DNA of 62,579 nt, filler included, from Catajapyx aquilonaris (taxonomy: Eukaryota): the NCBI GenBank assembly GCA_000934665.2. It is 4 parts of 4 records of this genome, joined end to end, with 100 filler letters (N's around TTAATTAATTAA, not from the genome) between each part and the next. Parts side by side here need not be neighbours in the genome. Positions count along the whole stretch, not along the records: positions 47,019 to 62,579 come from KZ539690.1; 3 more parts are not named here. One strand, given 5' to 3'. The notes below the pieces were generated by a model, which worked only from the letters and a program-made list of their open reading frames with translations, made no database searches and had not been told where the DNA came from. This document shows positions 48,638-61,993 of the stretch, one piece after another. The first letter of the stretch is position 1. Each line of letters begins with the position of its first letter. Position numbers and translations under genes: made by a program.

Positions 48638-49621
48638 CTTCCAGCAATACTTGGATGCAAATGTCTTTTCACAGACTCCACACTGGTACGGCCTCACACC
48701 AGTGTGGGTATTGTGGTGCTCCTCCAATAATCTTTTTGAGTTGAACTTCTTCCCACACAGTTCACATGCATGAGTCTTTGCCATATGTGCTCTCAAATGT
48801 TCCTTGAACTGACGACCAAACTGGAAGCTCCTCTTGCACACCTTGCAACGAAATGGCTTTTCTCCTGCTTGTGAATGCTCTTCTAGATGACGGCTCAGGT
48901 CACTTTTTTTGGGAAACTCACGCCCCTCACAGAGTTCACACAGATAAAGGCGAGTTCCATGCATGACTTTGCTGTGATCAGTTAAGCCACGAGCAGTTGA
49001 GAAAGACTTATCACACTCGTGACACTTGAATCGTGGGTCAGCTTCAGCCGCACCTGTTGACTCTGAATCACTGTTGGGCAAGTCATCTGGATCAAAATCA
49101 TCATCATCATCTTCAGGCACTTCCTCCTCTTTAACAGGGACTTCATTATCTGCCTCATTATCATTTTCAATGCTTAAATCGGAACTAGATTCATCTTCTG
49201 CAGTAATCTCCTCCACCTTCACTGGCTTTGTCTTCTTGCGAGGAGGACGCCCTCGTCTGGGCACCTGGTCATTATCAGCAGGATCTTCAGGAGGTTCCTC
49301 TACTTCAGTCTTGGTTCCTTCATGATGTATCCTCCAAGTGTCTTGGAATTTTACTTGGATGTCCAGCCTTAATGCCTCAACTCGAGCCTCCAGTGAGTCA
49401 AGGTCGTTAACAAGTCTGAAACACTTTCGGCAAACCATGGTGGTGTGTACACAACCTTCTTGCAATTCTACTCCTACAACCACACTCAGCTTTGCACTAA
49501 GGGTGAGTCCAGAACTATCAGTAACATAGTCCTCTCCAAATATGTTACACGAGCCACGTGATGAAGGTGTCACTCTGGAATCACACACCAAGCAGGTCTG
49601 GCCTTCCTGGCTGCCTGTCAT
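48638..49621 (-). CDS. ZAD-domain C2H2 zinc-finger protein, first coding exon
   Basis: CLVC...VCRKCFRLVNDLD (ZAD), acidic linker, four complete C2H2 fingers with a TGVRPY linker, fifth finger split by donor AAG|GTGAGT at 48637; acceptor 7 nt upstream of the ATG. Confidence 0.92.
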
Positions 49622-49686
49622 CTTTGCACTGCAATGGTAACGATGTAATGTTTAGGTACAATATATATATATATATATATATATAT

Positions 49687-52638
49687 GGGCATTTTTGCGG
49701 TAACGAACCAAGGTTCGGACGATTTTTTTCAACTTTCATTGTGATTTTCCATGCTTGTGGTAAACCTTTGGGGATACTTTTTTTTTCTATTGAGTTCCAG
49801 GTACAGAGGGCTGAATTTTGCCACAAATCCGACACAAAATATATCATTTGATAGCGCCCGAGGAGCGAGAACAAACACAGTAACGAACCAAAGTTTCGAG
49901 GACACGCATTTCTGCACCGGGTTACATTGCGTAATAACTCTGCGAATTCTAAGTGGTTTTGATGGCAGTATAGAGATGCTCTAGAGAAGAAAAGTGCGAG
50001 GAATCCATTGGTCACCTTGCCGTACCGGTATCTGCTTTCCTTTGCATCGTAGCGCAACAAAACTCTCGGTAACGAACCAAGAAAAAAAGTAACGAACCAA
50101 GGCGTGCGATTTTCCACCGTTCAGAACCTTTTCACGGGTAGTATTTGTGAGCTGTTTTACCACTTCAGGGTGTACATAATTAAAACCAGGGTTGGCATGA
50201 TTATAATCAATTGATTATAATCATTGATTATAATCATGATTATAATCAACTGATTTATAATGAAAAATCTTGATTATAATCACTAATAATAATAACAATA
50301 ATAATAACAATAACAACAACAACAATAATAACAATAATTTAAAGAAGTTAAAATGTTGAAAGGCTAAAAAAATATCCTACCATAGAACCATAGTACCATG
50401 TACAGTCAATCCTCGTTTAACAGCGGGGATAGCCGGATAGGTTCGTGACTTCGTGTAAAGTGAAACATTATTACATTAATCATTTAATCTTATGGGAATT
50501 GGGAAATAGGGGGATAGGTTCCTGGGGGACCAGGTTCGTCATACATTTATCCTACCAATAATCACAAACTCACCAGTCAAAAAGTTAAAACTTAAAACTC
50601 TTGACTCTTGAGTTTTGACTTATTGTATATGTGTAGTAAAATACAGTTCAATTATCATAATCAGTACATGAGAACATGACAGAGCCACAGAGGTAGTACA
50701 TCAGGCACTGCTTTCTGCGTAATACAGATACAGTAGCGTACAATAATACTGTAAGTGTACCCGGCCTTACAGGTATGTACACACGTGCACTACTGAATAG
50801 TGTAGTCGGCTAGTCGCTCCCAAGTAAGCTGAATCCGTGTTAAACGAGGATTTACTGTATATTGTATCATGCACTTTCCTTGGAATGTAACATGTTTGAC
50901 AATATTGACGTACATTTCTTGATTTTCTTCAAATAGCAGGTGGGGTTTTTATCAGGAAAATGAAATAAAGTGCTGTACTACAAATAATATTATTATATTA
51001 AAATAATCTGATTATAATCAAAATAATCCGATTATTGGATTATTTTAAAATAATCATTGATTATTGCCAACCCTGATTAAAACGAGACACATCATGACAC
51101 TGACCAGTCATCAGTCGATTCTCGTGTATTGGTCGATTGAGATGGCTGGGTCGTATGACCTGGTCATCGCTGACTATACCTCATCATGGGACTATGCCGT
51201 GATGATTGTGTATGTTGGATGTAACCCAGTATATGAAAAGGGTGCTGCCTGCCTACACACCAGCCTTTGGGGACCAGGCTGACACAGACACATCAATGAA
51301 GTTATGAACTGACTAGAGGGGAAAACATTTTAATAATGGTTTATTCAAAAATTCATAACCTCTGACCTCTGAGCACAGCCATTTTAGCTGCACCACATTG
51401 TAATGCATATGCATATGACTGTATAAGGAGTTATAATGTGACCATCTATAAAAATTTACTAAGCCTATAAATGAAGGTATTTGAAAATGGGTCATTTCAG
51501 TCAATTTTCCAACAAATTCAGATCTGCAAAATTTCAGATAAATGCAAATTTTTTGATTTACGGCCTATAAAAAGCGGGAGGCTCTCATGACTGAGAAGAA
51601 CCAAAGACTAGCTGCCACCACCTGCCACCTGCCACCTTGACCGCTAGAGACAATTAACTTCCGGACCACCCATCTTGCAGTGGCATTGTAAATAGAGGCA
51701 ACTGTTTATAACATGAAGGATTTGTGAAAATTTGTTTTCAGCATCATAAATAAGAACTATTGAAGAGCTGCATCTCTCCCCCTTCCTCCCAATAAAATCG
51801 GCGGTAGCATCAGGGCATATCCGGATAACACATCGCTGATTTGTAACTTTTTACATTGAATTTGAAATCAGAGCCCTCTAAAGCAGCCGTAAACTAATTT
51901 TGATGCTAATACTTTATATCTGTCCAATTCTCTGCACATGCTGTCTGCCATATTGGATCAACCATGTTGATTTTTGAATTTCTGACATCAAATCTGAAAT
52001 CAGCGCCATTGAAAACCATTACGTAAAAATTTCTTCATTATTGGGCGTGGATTTGCTTATTATCTGAGCCGAGATCGGAGGGAGCACGCTCGGCGGCAGG
52101 AAAATGGCTTGGTTCGTTACCGTCCAAATAGATACATGGAGGTATGGAATTGGGCAGAATCTTTGCACACTGCTGTATTACGCGACTCCCACAGAGGTTT
52201 CCAAGTTTGATGCTCCAAATCATTGGCATAAGGTGTGTATAGGAATTTTTTGTAATTTTTGGTAACGAACCAAAGCTTTCGGATGACTCTGGTTAGTTAC
52301 TGAAACTGAAGCACACAGAGATTACCCTCCGACAATTTAAGCACACCAATCGAAAGGGGACATCAAGCTGCATCCAACAGACACACTTGAGAAGTGATCG
52401 AATGAATGGCAATGCTTACAGAGGCGCCAAATGCCGCGCGTGTCCCCAGACACCAAAAGGCCTTTGGCGCGCACAGTTGAACGTATGAGCAGCTGGTGCC
52501 AAAGAACAGCAACACTGGCCAATTTTAAGGTTGGCAATGTTTAGTAGAGATGTTGAGCATCTGATTGGTGTGATCAAATGCGGCATTCAACGAAAAAAAT
52601 AATCGTCGCTTCATGTCCGCTCTATCGCAAAAATGCCG
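49687..52638. mobile_element. TIR element in a (TA)n microsatellite
   Basis: GGCATTTTTGCG / CGCAAAAATGCC termini each abutting (TA)n; repeated GTAACGAACCAA motifs. Confidence 0.65.
50187..51075. mobile_element. hAT MITE with nested Tigger-type MITE (50403-50857)
   Basis: 8-bp TSD ATTAAAAC, TIR CAGGGTTGGCA; inner TA|CAGT.AATCCTCGTTTAAC...ACTG|TA. Confidence 0.9.
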
Positions 52639-52660
52639 ATATATATATATATATTAGGTA

Positions 52661-53428
52661 TAGTCAATAAGTTCCCGTCCCGGCCGCAGGAGGCCGGCAG
52701 GTGACACGGAGACAGGTGCTGCTGTGGTTGGCTGTGAGGTACATTAGCAGTCACCAAACTGGCCAAGAGTGAACTCGGTGTGCTGCGTAATAGCTGCGGT
52801 ACACAGTCGCAAAATGTCGTTCACCATATCAGGCACGTCCAAGGCGGACGAACGGGCAGTAGGAGATTCATACACGCATGAGAGCTGTGTATGGAGGCAC
52901 TTGCGTGGCGTACTCGACAGTGAAGGACTGGGTACGCCATTTCCGCAGTGGTCGACAAAGGCGCTTGTCCATCGACAGGATTGCTGAGCAGGCATACAAG
53001 CGCCGATCACTTTGAACCAACCCTTCGACGGACACTAGGCTTGCATCGTTGGAGGCGGTAACAGGTCGGCCTGACCGTGCCATGTCTGACATGCCTTGTC
53101 GACCACTGCGGAAATGGCGTACCCAGTCCTTCACTGTCGAGTACCCCACGCAAGTGTCTCCATACACAGCCCTCCTGCGTGTATGAATCTCCTTCGGTCC
53201 CGCTCCCTCTGCACACAGGAACTTAATTACTGCCCGTTCGTCCGCATTGGACGCGCCTGATATGGTGAACGACATTTTTCGACTGTGTACCACAGCTATT
53301 ACGCAGCACACCGAGTTCACTCTTGGCCAGTTTGGTGACTGCTAATGTACCTCACAGCCAACCACAGCAGCACCTGACTCCGTGTCACCTACCGGCCTCC
53401 CGCAGCCGGGACGGGAACTTATTGACTG
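52661..53428. mobile_element. mariner foldback made of two 5' ends with the transposase N-terminus
   Basis: TA flanks; minus strand ERAVIKFLCAEG..PKEIH...VYGD...TVKDWVRHFRSGR..SD.ARSGRP (HTH); deleted mirror copy on the plus strand. Confidence 0.88.
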
Positions 53429-53556
53429 TACTAATATATATAATTGTGCTGATAATTAATACATTAACTAATAGCCCTATTATTGCAGATTACCATCAAC
53501 TGTAGAGGGCTGATTCCTACTTATATCGAGGCTTGATTTGACAGCAAATAAACTTA

Positions 53557-53911
53557 CAAGGGATTGACCAAGGGTGGTCGCCTTCAATTTGGATGAAACT
53601 TGTGTGAGGGGTCAATCATGTGCCATAAACACAGTGGTGAAAGTCCTAAACTCCCATTTTCAGCAGTTTACAAGATATGAGCGACACAGAAACATCCGAA
53701 TTTTGGCTGCGCGTACAGGGGTCAGGCGGGAAAGGGACAAGTGCAAGGACCCTATACGTGCAGCCAAAATTCGGATGTTTCTGTCCCTCCTATCTCGAAA
53801 ACTGCTGAAAACGGGAATTTAGGACTTTCACCACTGTGTTTATGGCACATGATTTACCCCTCATGCAAGTTTCAGCCAAATCGAAGGCGACCACCCTTGG
53901 TCATTCCCTTG
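53557..53911. mobile_element. CAAGGG-terminated palindromic MITE
   Basis: Relative of 20848-22013. Confidence 0.8.
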
Positions 53912-55084
53912 TTAGTTCTGAACCTCTGGAAAAATTAAGCAATGTACAAAATTTTGTTTCAAATTCTGCATTGTCCAATATTAATTCCAGTAACCATATT
54001 GAAAATGCTTCACAATAATGATGAGCAGGACAAATGACTTTGGGATCCATCTGTAGCACCAAGTGACTCTTATGCCAAGGGAGCCCTACACTGATATCAT
54101 CATGAAACTTGCAGATCAAGAAACTTGTCCTAGATTGCAGATCAATTCAGGTTCATGGTAGAGTCTATATCATGAGCAAATGATTGTGTATTGCATATTC
54201 GCCAGATTAACTGCCTTGGGATCAGTTGTTCACAATGAATTACTGAAATCAATGCTCATTTAACAATGTGACAACATATCAAATGGTAATAATAAAATTA
54301 CTGTTCATGAACAATATGCTCCTCACAAAATTTTCCATCATCGGCAATTGTCATAATGTGTAAACTGAGTGAGGGAATGAGTCCTGGCAGGCAGGTACAT
54401 TCGAGTTGCCACGCACCAAAATTGAATGTATTTTCTTGCAAATGGCAGCACTTGACACATTGCAGTTTATTCCATCAATTCCTTGGATTTTTTGCACTGG
54501 TCAGATTTTTCATTTTTATTTATTACATAAGTCTGGATCTACATAAGTCAGGTGATGCCCATATTGCATGCATAAGTAAAGAGTCCATTTAACCTAAGTT
54601 ACCTCCTTACAGGAATTACCTGAGGTAGATATATTTTATATAGGAGTAAACCTATTTAATGGATGAGGCCAAGATGTGCTAGGTAGCCCACCAATGCCAC
54701 CACCTCATATGCTGGCCCACTTTGTCTCCACACTCCAACCTTTTGAGCCTCGAGCTGCAAGGAAAAAGTAAAAGTGATTACAAGTTTTGAAAATAAAATA
54801 TGGTGGCTAAAGATGTATCAAGTCTGAGTGGCCCGGTAATGTAGTGGTTTAGGCCACAGTCACTTCCCCTAAGAGTAGGCCTACCCATGTTTGATCCCAG
54901 AATGAGGCAGTGGATTTTCATCCTTTCTGGGTTCAAGTGGGTGCTCTCAATTTTCTACCACTTTCCTATTCTATCGTCACTGGAATTATTAATTTAGTAA
55001 CAAATGTAACAGCTTATTCCTAAATGGGTGCAGGCCTATTCCAGTCTCATCATAACTATTACTTTATAATTGATATTAATGAGG

Positions 55085-55293
55085 TTGGCCCAGCATTGCC
55101 TTTCAACCTCCAAGGATAGGGAAGGAAGGAAGCGGCTGTGGCCTATTATACGGAAGCGACCCCAGAATTATCCTAGAAAGACCGTGGAAAACCACAGAAA
55201 ACCATGGTCAGGGTTGCCGGCCCCGGGATTCGAACCCAGGACCTCCCGATTAGCAGTCGGACGCCCTATCCACTATGCCAACCTGCTCCGGTT
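55085..55293 (-). mobile_element. SINE family 1 relative
   Basis: B box GGTTCGAATCC and the same core, with a different 3' end. Confidence 0.8.
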
Positions 55294-57194
55294 TCATAAC
55301 TATTACTGTGAGAAATGTGTCAATTTTGCCAGATGGCCAGAAAGTTTCTCCCCATCCCCAAAGGGTATGTTGGTGTATCTTTGGTTCTTCTTATTCAGTG
55401 ATAACTTAAGTTAAAATGCTAAATGGCACACCAAGGCATGTTCCATATGATTTCCTGTCCACAAACGGTCAGTCTCCCATTTTGTGGCTCATTTCATTTT
55501 GGCTTCCAGGAAAACTAAAACTTTAAAGTCGTGAAATCATGATCTACTTGCCCAAACTCAGAATAATTCAGAAACTTTGAAATCGTGGCTGCTCGATTTG
55601 CGGAGAGGCGTCTCACACTCATAAGACAACACCCAGAGTGCCGGAATGCCATAATGCTGCATATCAAGTTTCAGCCACATTGCGCAATACCAATGGGAAG
55701 GGAAAAATCGAGAATCTTTGAAAATGGCAGAGAAAATTATGCCTTTTATGGAGAATATTTTTCGGTTAATGGAATTGGTCAAAACCCAATGAACATGTGT
55801 ATCAAAAGAAATGGAAACACCAGGAGAATGCGCCTATGGAATTAGTTTTTCTCTTAAATGTAACGAAAATTTATTTTTACATTTCATTGGTCACTTGTCC
55901 AGACACAGGCATTTTCCAAGTTTCCCGGTTTTTCCCCTCCCAATGGTATTGCGCAATGTGGCTGAAACTTGATATGCAGCATTATGGCATATGTCTGTAC
56001 ATCTGTGATTATTTTCACCAAGATCTGAGATGACGTATAAAGATTTCGGCTCACTCGATTCGGAAAGACCCCTAGCAAACAGGTCCAAACTTTCAAACGA
56101 TATATCCCAAAAGCTGTGCCTGACATAAACCTTCTGAGCAGAGAATCGGATTCAGTGCAAAATTTACAATAAGATTCGCTATTCACATTTTCAGAAAAAA
56201 AAAAAAAAAGTTTTTTTTGTAGAACAGTGATTTTCTGTAATTTACTGCCCTTTGTTTTGGGCCTTATCTCATAAACGGTGCAAGATATCACAAAAATAAC
56301 GAAAATGTGACCCAACGGGCCACACTTTCCCGTGTTTAGGTTAAGGAAGTGTACCCACACCCAAAAAAGCGACAACCTGGAAGTGATGTGAGGTCACCTC
56401 AGATACGCCCCTGGGGTACCCCATTACAGATGACTCACTGTTGTATAGTTACTATGTTACTACAGTATGTATCCACAGAGTGGACCAAGCGAGTGGATCC
56501 ATATTTTTCACACGTCATAAGAATCACCCAGCACAACATTTTTTTCACTCTTGCATTACAACTGTCAAAAAAAAGTGTTTTTTTGACCACCCCTACTGTT
56601 CACATCTAAATATTTTACTAATATTATACATCACACTTGAAATCCCATTACTTGTCTTGTAATTCTCTAGTTTCACATGTGGAAGAAAGGGTGGGAGTAT
56701 TTTGATTCTCTCTGTAATGTTGCCCCAAACACCTGTATGTCCTTGTATTACCTCATTTCTACAGTAGTTGAGAGTCAGTGACATTCAGGATATATGAAAA
56801 TCTTTGCAAAGGATTAAAATGTCAATCAACATGACTACTCAAGACCTGGAGATCATTCTTTGAAACTCCAAATCGCTGTGTGAAACTCAGTGAGATGGCA
56901 ATCCCCAAATAATGCAGATGTCATCTTTCTGGCCTGACAACACATCAAATAGTAACCCCATATGGAAGGTGTTATGCAATAATGGGTCAACCCACAAAAA
57001 TGGCAAAATTGAGTAAAGCCCAGGAATATACACCCAAAAGATAGTAGATCATTCAGCTATAAAATCACGCTGGTGAAATCTGCACACTTCTGCCATAACT
57101 GACCGAAAAGAACACTGAATTCAAAGCCCCTTTTCTCAAAACTGTTCTCGTGTGGGTTGACTCATTATTGCATAACATTGTCCATATAATTATA

Positions 57195-57535
57195 TGCAGG
57201 CCATGCTAACTTGCCATTGACGTCATCTCTTTGTTTACCATTCCTAGTCAACGGAAATCTACCAAACGCACCCCTGGAACCTCCCACTTTTCAAGTTTCC
57301 ATGGAGATGCCCTCATGCAACAATTAAGGCGGCCTACCCTTTCTTCCAATCATGCTTCCAATTGACATAAAAATTGGGTAAAAATTGCCAAACAAATGCC
57401 TTAATTGTTGTATGAGAGCATCTCCATGGAAACTTGAAAAGTGGGAGGTTCCAGGGGTGCGTTAGGCAGATTTCCTTCGACTCGGAATGGTAAACAAAAC
57501 GATAGCATCAATTGGAAGTTTGCGTGGCTTGCCTA
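57195..57535. mobile_element. Palindromic MITE
   Basis: ACCCCTGGAACCTCCCACTTTTCAAGTTTCCATGGAGATG is mirrored at 57420-57460; a smaller MITE lies at 56960-57182. Confidence 0.75.
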
Positions 57536-57834
57536 TACCTGAAAACCAATACAAAACTGGTACTTTGAAAATGCTGCAACTTCTCAACACACACAATGAC
57601 AGGCCAAATAATCATAGCACTCAAAAAGGGACAGCTTGCCTACTTGCACCAGCATCCAAAGGCTATCTCTGAACAATGGTGACTGCAACTCCACAACACT
57701 CTCTATGACATGGGGCTAGCAGACACTGCATTGTGAATTCACAAGGGACGTATCACAATACCGAAACAGAAACTATGCGCCTCAGCAATTGAACACCACT
57801 GCTTGACACTGCACTGACCTTAATATCACCATAA

Positions 57835-58125
57835 AGCGCATCCCTCTGCCCCTGCCACAGCTGACGCCGCAACACACCAACACCAGCCCTGCAATACACC
57901 CATCAGCAGCATCAGCAGAAGCGGAGCACGAGGTATTCCGCCAGCCATCCAACCAGCCGTGCGGCGTTGACGGCTGCAAAGTTGTCAGCACTGTCCGGCG
58001 CCACAACGGCCGCCAACCCAACCCTTTCTTCTTCACCCCGCTATTGCTACTTCAGGCCCAAGCGCCATCTTGAGTCGACATTCATCCGTTTTGAAGCCAT
58101 TAGCGTCCAACTTTTCTGCCTGTGT
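57835..58125 (-). promoter_or_regulatory. Possible CpG-rich 5' exon/promoter of the ZAD-ZNF gene
   Basis: YY1/Pho-type CAAGATGGCG on the minus strand (~58062-58071), CpG-rich, candidate donor AAG|GTCAGT. Confidence 0.35.
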
Positions 58126-58824
58126 TCCCAGAGTGATTCAACACTTAATTTGTCACACCAAGAAACACTTCCAAATCTATAGCCTTAAAGTAATCAACAT
58201 AATTTATACCTACTAGGTGACCTCAGCTCTCCCAGCGGCGAGTCTTGCTACTATTAAAACAATGGACAACGCAATCAATAATATATTTCATATTCCACAA
58301 TTGTTATTTATCTTTATGTACAGCCAATAAGCCACATGCGAACTTAAAAATCTACTTAACAATTTTCCCCACGACTCAAATGCCGAAATATCATTGGAAT
58401 AGTGTTAGGTACCGTAAGTTATTAGCTAGCATCAATTCTGATTTAAACATACAGGACTGGTTTTATATGAACTGTTAATCAGAAAATATATTTACGATAT
58501 GCATAATTTGGAGAGGTAGGTTGGGATGCTCTGGTTTTTATTACCCATTTTGTGCAAACATTTGCCTCCATAATGAACACTGACAAAAATCCTGCAAAAG
58601 TCTTACAGTATTACTCTAACGAGGCATGCCGGTGTTATAGTCTAGGTCGACCAGTTTTTAGAAATACATGATCTGGTGGCTATACCAGCATGCTCCCCAA
58701 TTTTCACAATAACATTATTTTAGGTATGGTATCAGAAGCATTCGAAAAAATTTGACAAGGATCAAAATTATGGAAATTATCTCAGTTATTGCACATGCTG
58801 CCCATCCCCAGTTGCTGGTTGCTA

Positions 58825-59953
58825 AAATTTTTACAGTTTGCTGACGATATTGTATTTTTAGCTGATAACTCTCTATATTTGCAGAAGGAACTCTCCTACT
58901 TATTTGAAAAATATCTGGGTAGAAACAAGTTATGCTTGAACCTATCTAAAACCAAGGTGATGGTTTTCCGAAAAGGGCCTGCCTGAGAGACTGCAGTTTT
59001 CTTGGAACAATGAAAAAGTGCAAATTGTTGATGAATATAAATATCTAGGGGTACTGTATGCTTTTTATCGGGCGGCAAAGTATTTTGTTGCTAGGGGGAA
59101 AAATCAGTAAATGTCTTGTGGCCTACGCTGGTAAAACTCAAAACGAGAAACCTCAATATAGCTATGAGCTTGTTTGATGCGGGTTCAGTTATATTTTCTT
59201 AAAACATTCTTGACTCTGCCCAAATCCAGTGCAAATTATTTTGTGTTATGAAACTAGTCGACGTCCACTTTCAGTTCAAATTTTTAGAAAGTTGTTAACT
59301 TTCCTGAAGAAAATTATGATGGAACAAGCCTAATGAGGCAAGGATTCGATTTTTATTGTTAAAAATAGGGAAAGTACTAAACAGGGTTGGTTTATACTTG
59401 TGGAAAGAATGTTGATGGAAGCTGGGATCACATGGCAGTTCTGGCAGGCAAATTATGAGATTATGGATACAAATAAACTGGTTACAGTGTATGTGGAGAA
59501 TACAATTGAAGTAGGTAGGGTGTCACTGGAAAACACACATTATAATCATTATCAGGCAATTTCCAGTGGTTACATGTAAGAAATTTACCTCCACAAGATG
59601 ATGCCACTAAAATTAGTAAGCATGTTAATAAACATAAGAAATATGTCCAAAGTCTTATACATCCAAGGTTACTGTATTAAAGAAGAAGTTTGTTTGCTTT
59701 TTAACATGATGGTAGAAATTTCGTTGTTCCATGTTTTGTTTGATTGTGACTTTAATAAAGAAGCTAGGGAATGTATAAAAGACTTCCAAAGGGTTCAGCC
59801 AGACAAAATATATACACTGTTCATTGATATACCAACTATTAAGGTCTACTCTCTGTACAAACTTTTATTGTTGCTAGTTAAAAACTGCAACTTTGTGACA
59901 TTATTTTGTAGAATTTTGGAGCTTCTCATATACTTTGTATGAAGGGAATAACC

Positions 59954-59985
<32 letters not shown>
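58825..59985 (+). mobile_element. Decayed LINE RT 3' half with (ATCT)n tail
   Basis: LQFADDIVFLAD...L.LNLSKTKVMVFRKG...VDEYKYLG; many stops. Confidence 0.85.
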
Positions 59986-60208
59986 ATAGTATGCTATGTT
60001 ACATTGCTAACTTTGTAGACTGCCTGAGGTGGGTCTTACGGTCTTACACAAATGAGAGCTTGCTCGATTTCCTTTCAACTGGGATTCTCCCCACTCAGGA
60101 TGGCTGACTGATGGAGCACCTGCACACTGCAGACAGTCGCCTCTACAAAGTTGACAATGTAAAGGTGGCCCAACACATCCTGTACAGTCGACACACAGAA
60201 CTCCACCT

Positions 60209-60615
60209 CTATCTGGCCATGTGGTAGGTGGTCAGCCAATTGTGGTAGGTGCGGAACATGTCGTCATCTGGGGCCACCTGGAGCCATTCATTCACGCAGA
60301 ATATGTGGTAGGAGTCATTCCCATACTTCCCTATCCCAAACAGCTCTCTTGGATACCTCCACTTCTTGGTCAGGAACTCATCCGTGCAATGAAGTAGAGT
60401 TAATCTTGCGCTCACAATAGTTACATTTTTTTGGACATGAGAAAGGGAGCAAAGAAAAAGTACCTGAAAAATGTTTCAGAGTCTTTGCTTTCTTCTTGTT
60501 GAGGTCCAGAGGTGCCATAAGTGCTGCTATGTCCCTATGTCCACCCGGTTTGCCTCCACCACAGACTCGGGGGTAGGCCATCATTGCTCGAAGAACTTCC
60601 AGAGTAGCTCCTTCC
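60209..60615 (-). pseudogene. MBD4: MBD4 glycosylase-domain exons, disabled (60464-60615 and 60209-60381)
   Basis: LLWKFFEQ*WPTPE...DIAALMAPLDL...AKTLKHFS | [45 protein letters not shown] at 60581-60583, 8-bp duplication frameshift, acceptor GG instead of AG. Confidence 0.85.
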
Positions 60616-60638
60616 CTGCAGACACCCACAGAAATTAA

Positions 60639-60921
60639 CCCTGGAACCATGGCGTGTCTGAAAGTTACGGCAACCGTGACATGGGGTCTTTTAGGACCCC
60701 ATCCATATTTTAATTTTTATAAATTTTTATATAATGCTTTTCCATGTGTTGACTATATGCAATCATTCTTTGAACAATGCCTAAAATGATCGCTAATTCA
60801 AAATAAACATACACTTCCTGTTATATGATTTTTTTAAATGGCAAAAGTTCATTGTAATTATCATTTTAATGCATTTGAATTCATTTGGGGTCCTAAAAGA
60901 CCCCACGTCACGGTTCCAGGG
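60639..60921. mobile_element. piggyBac-type MITE
   Basis: TTAA|CCCTGGAACC...GGTTCCAGGG|TTAA; shares the GGGGTC..AAAGACCCCA subterminal hairpin with 24476-28569. Confidence 0.88.
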
Positions 60922-61867
60922 TTAATACACAGCATTCAGAATGTATTGCAGTATATTCACCCTGTGCCTGCAGCGGATAGGTTCCAACCCAAAGGCAGCC
61001 ACACATCTTGGGCCCCATGTCTGCCCGTTTTCCCAACGGTAATACGGTATGAATTCAAAAACCCCTGGGGAAGTGGGGAGAGCGGATCCTCGCGGCTATC
61101 CGTCCAATCAGAGATGTGCCGGATGGCCCCTTATCATCTCGGATCCGGTTCCCCCCTCGCGTCGGAGCAGTTGGGTCGCAAATAACAGCTACTTTACAAT
61201 AACTGTTATTTAAATTGTTGCTCCTGACCGTGCCCCTGAGCCCTGATATTGCGCCTGACCCCGCCTGACGCATAATTTCGATGATTTCGATGCACCCAAA
61301 TCACCCAAATAGGCAAAGTCAGGGGAATTTTGTGCCCTATCAATCTATCATCGCGGATCAGGTCGGCCTTGCTGAGTTGCAGCTATTCCAATAACAGTTA
61401 CTCAAATAGTAGTTATGACAAAGTAGCAGTTACTTCCACTGGGACGGCTAGCGTCTAGAGCAAGGATCCGTTCTCTTCAGACTTTTGTCCTGCCTCCCCA
61501 CGATCTGTCTTGATTTGATTTATTCAAGATGGTCGCCGCCATCGCATGACTTCGACCGGCACTGTAATCATCGAAAGTTCGGCACCTTTTGAGAGGTGAG
61601 AGTCGTACCTCGTACAGCCGAACGCATTAACACCCCCCCCCNNNNNNCCTCCTACCCCCGCTAGCAAAAAAATTTGGAAGTTTTTCAGATAGTTCCGTAT
61701 GTACATTGTACAGTAGGCCTACCCCATGAAATGAACATGTGATGGATAAGCCAATATATTTGCTGGATGATTAGCCCGCATTATCCGGGAAATTTTGTTG
61801 TGGTTTGGAAATTTGCAATTTTTTCGTCTGTGGGTGTTGCCAATCTTTTGTGCCAATTAGCTGCTTG

Positions 61868-61993
61868 TACTATCAGTCCAACAAGAATTGTCGCAGCGAC
61901 AGCGCACGAACTGCAATCTATGAGTACAGGGACACGAGAGACTGTAGTTCGTGCACTGCCGCTGCGACAATTCTTGTTGGACACCGTACAGTA
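61868..61993. repeat. Short palindromic MITE
   Basis: GTCCAACAAGAATTGTCGCAGCG / CGCTGCGACAATTCTTGTTGGAC. Confidence 0.75.

Noticed and set aside
46754..49621. ZAD-ZNF gene nested antisense in an EXT2 intron
   Set aside because: The two are separated by an artificial linker, and no downstream EXT2 exons were found in block 4.
60581..60583. Selenocysteine or readthrough at the MBD4 TGA
   Set aside because: The stop is accompanied by a frameshift and a broken acceptor; pseudogenisation is the simpler explanation.
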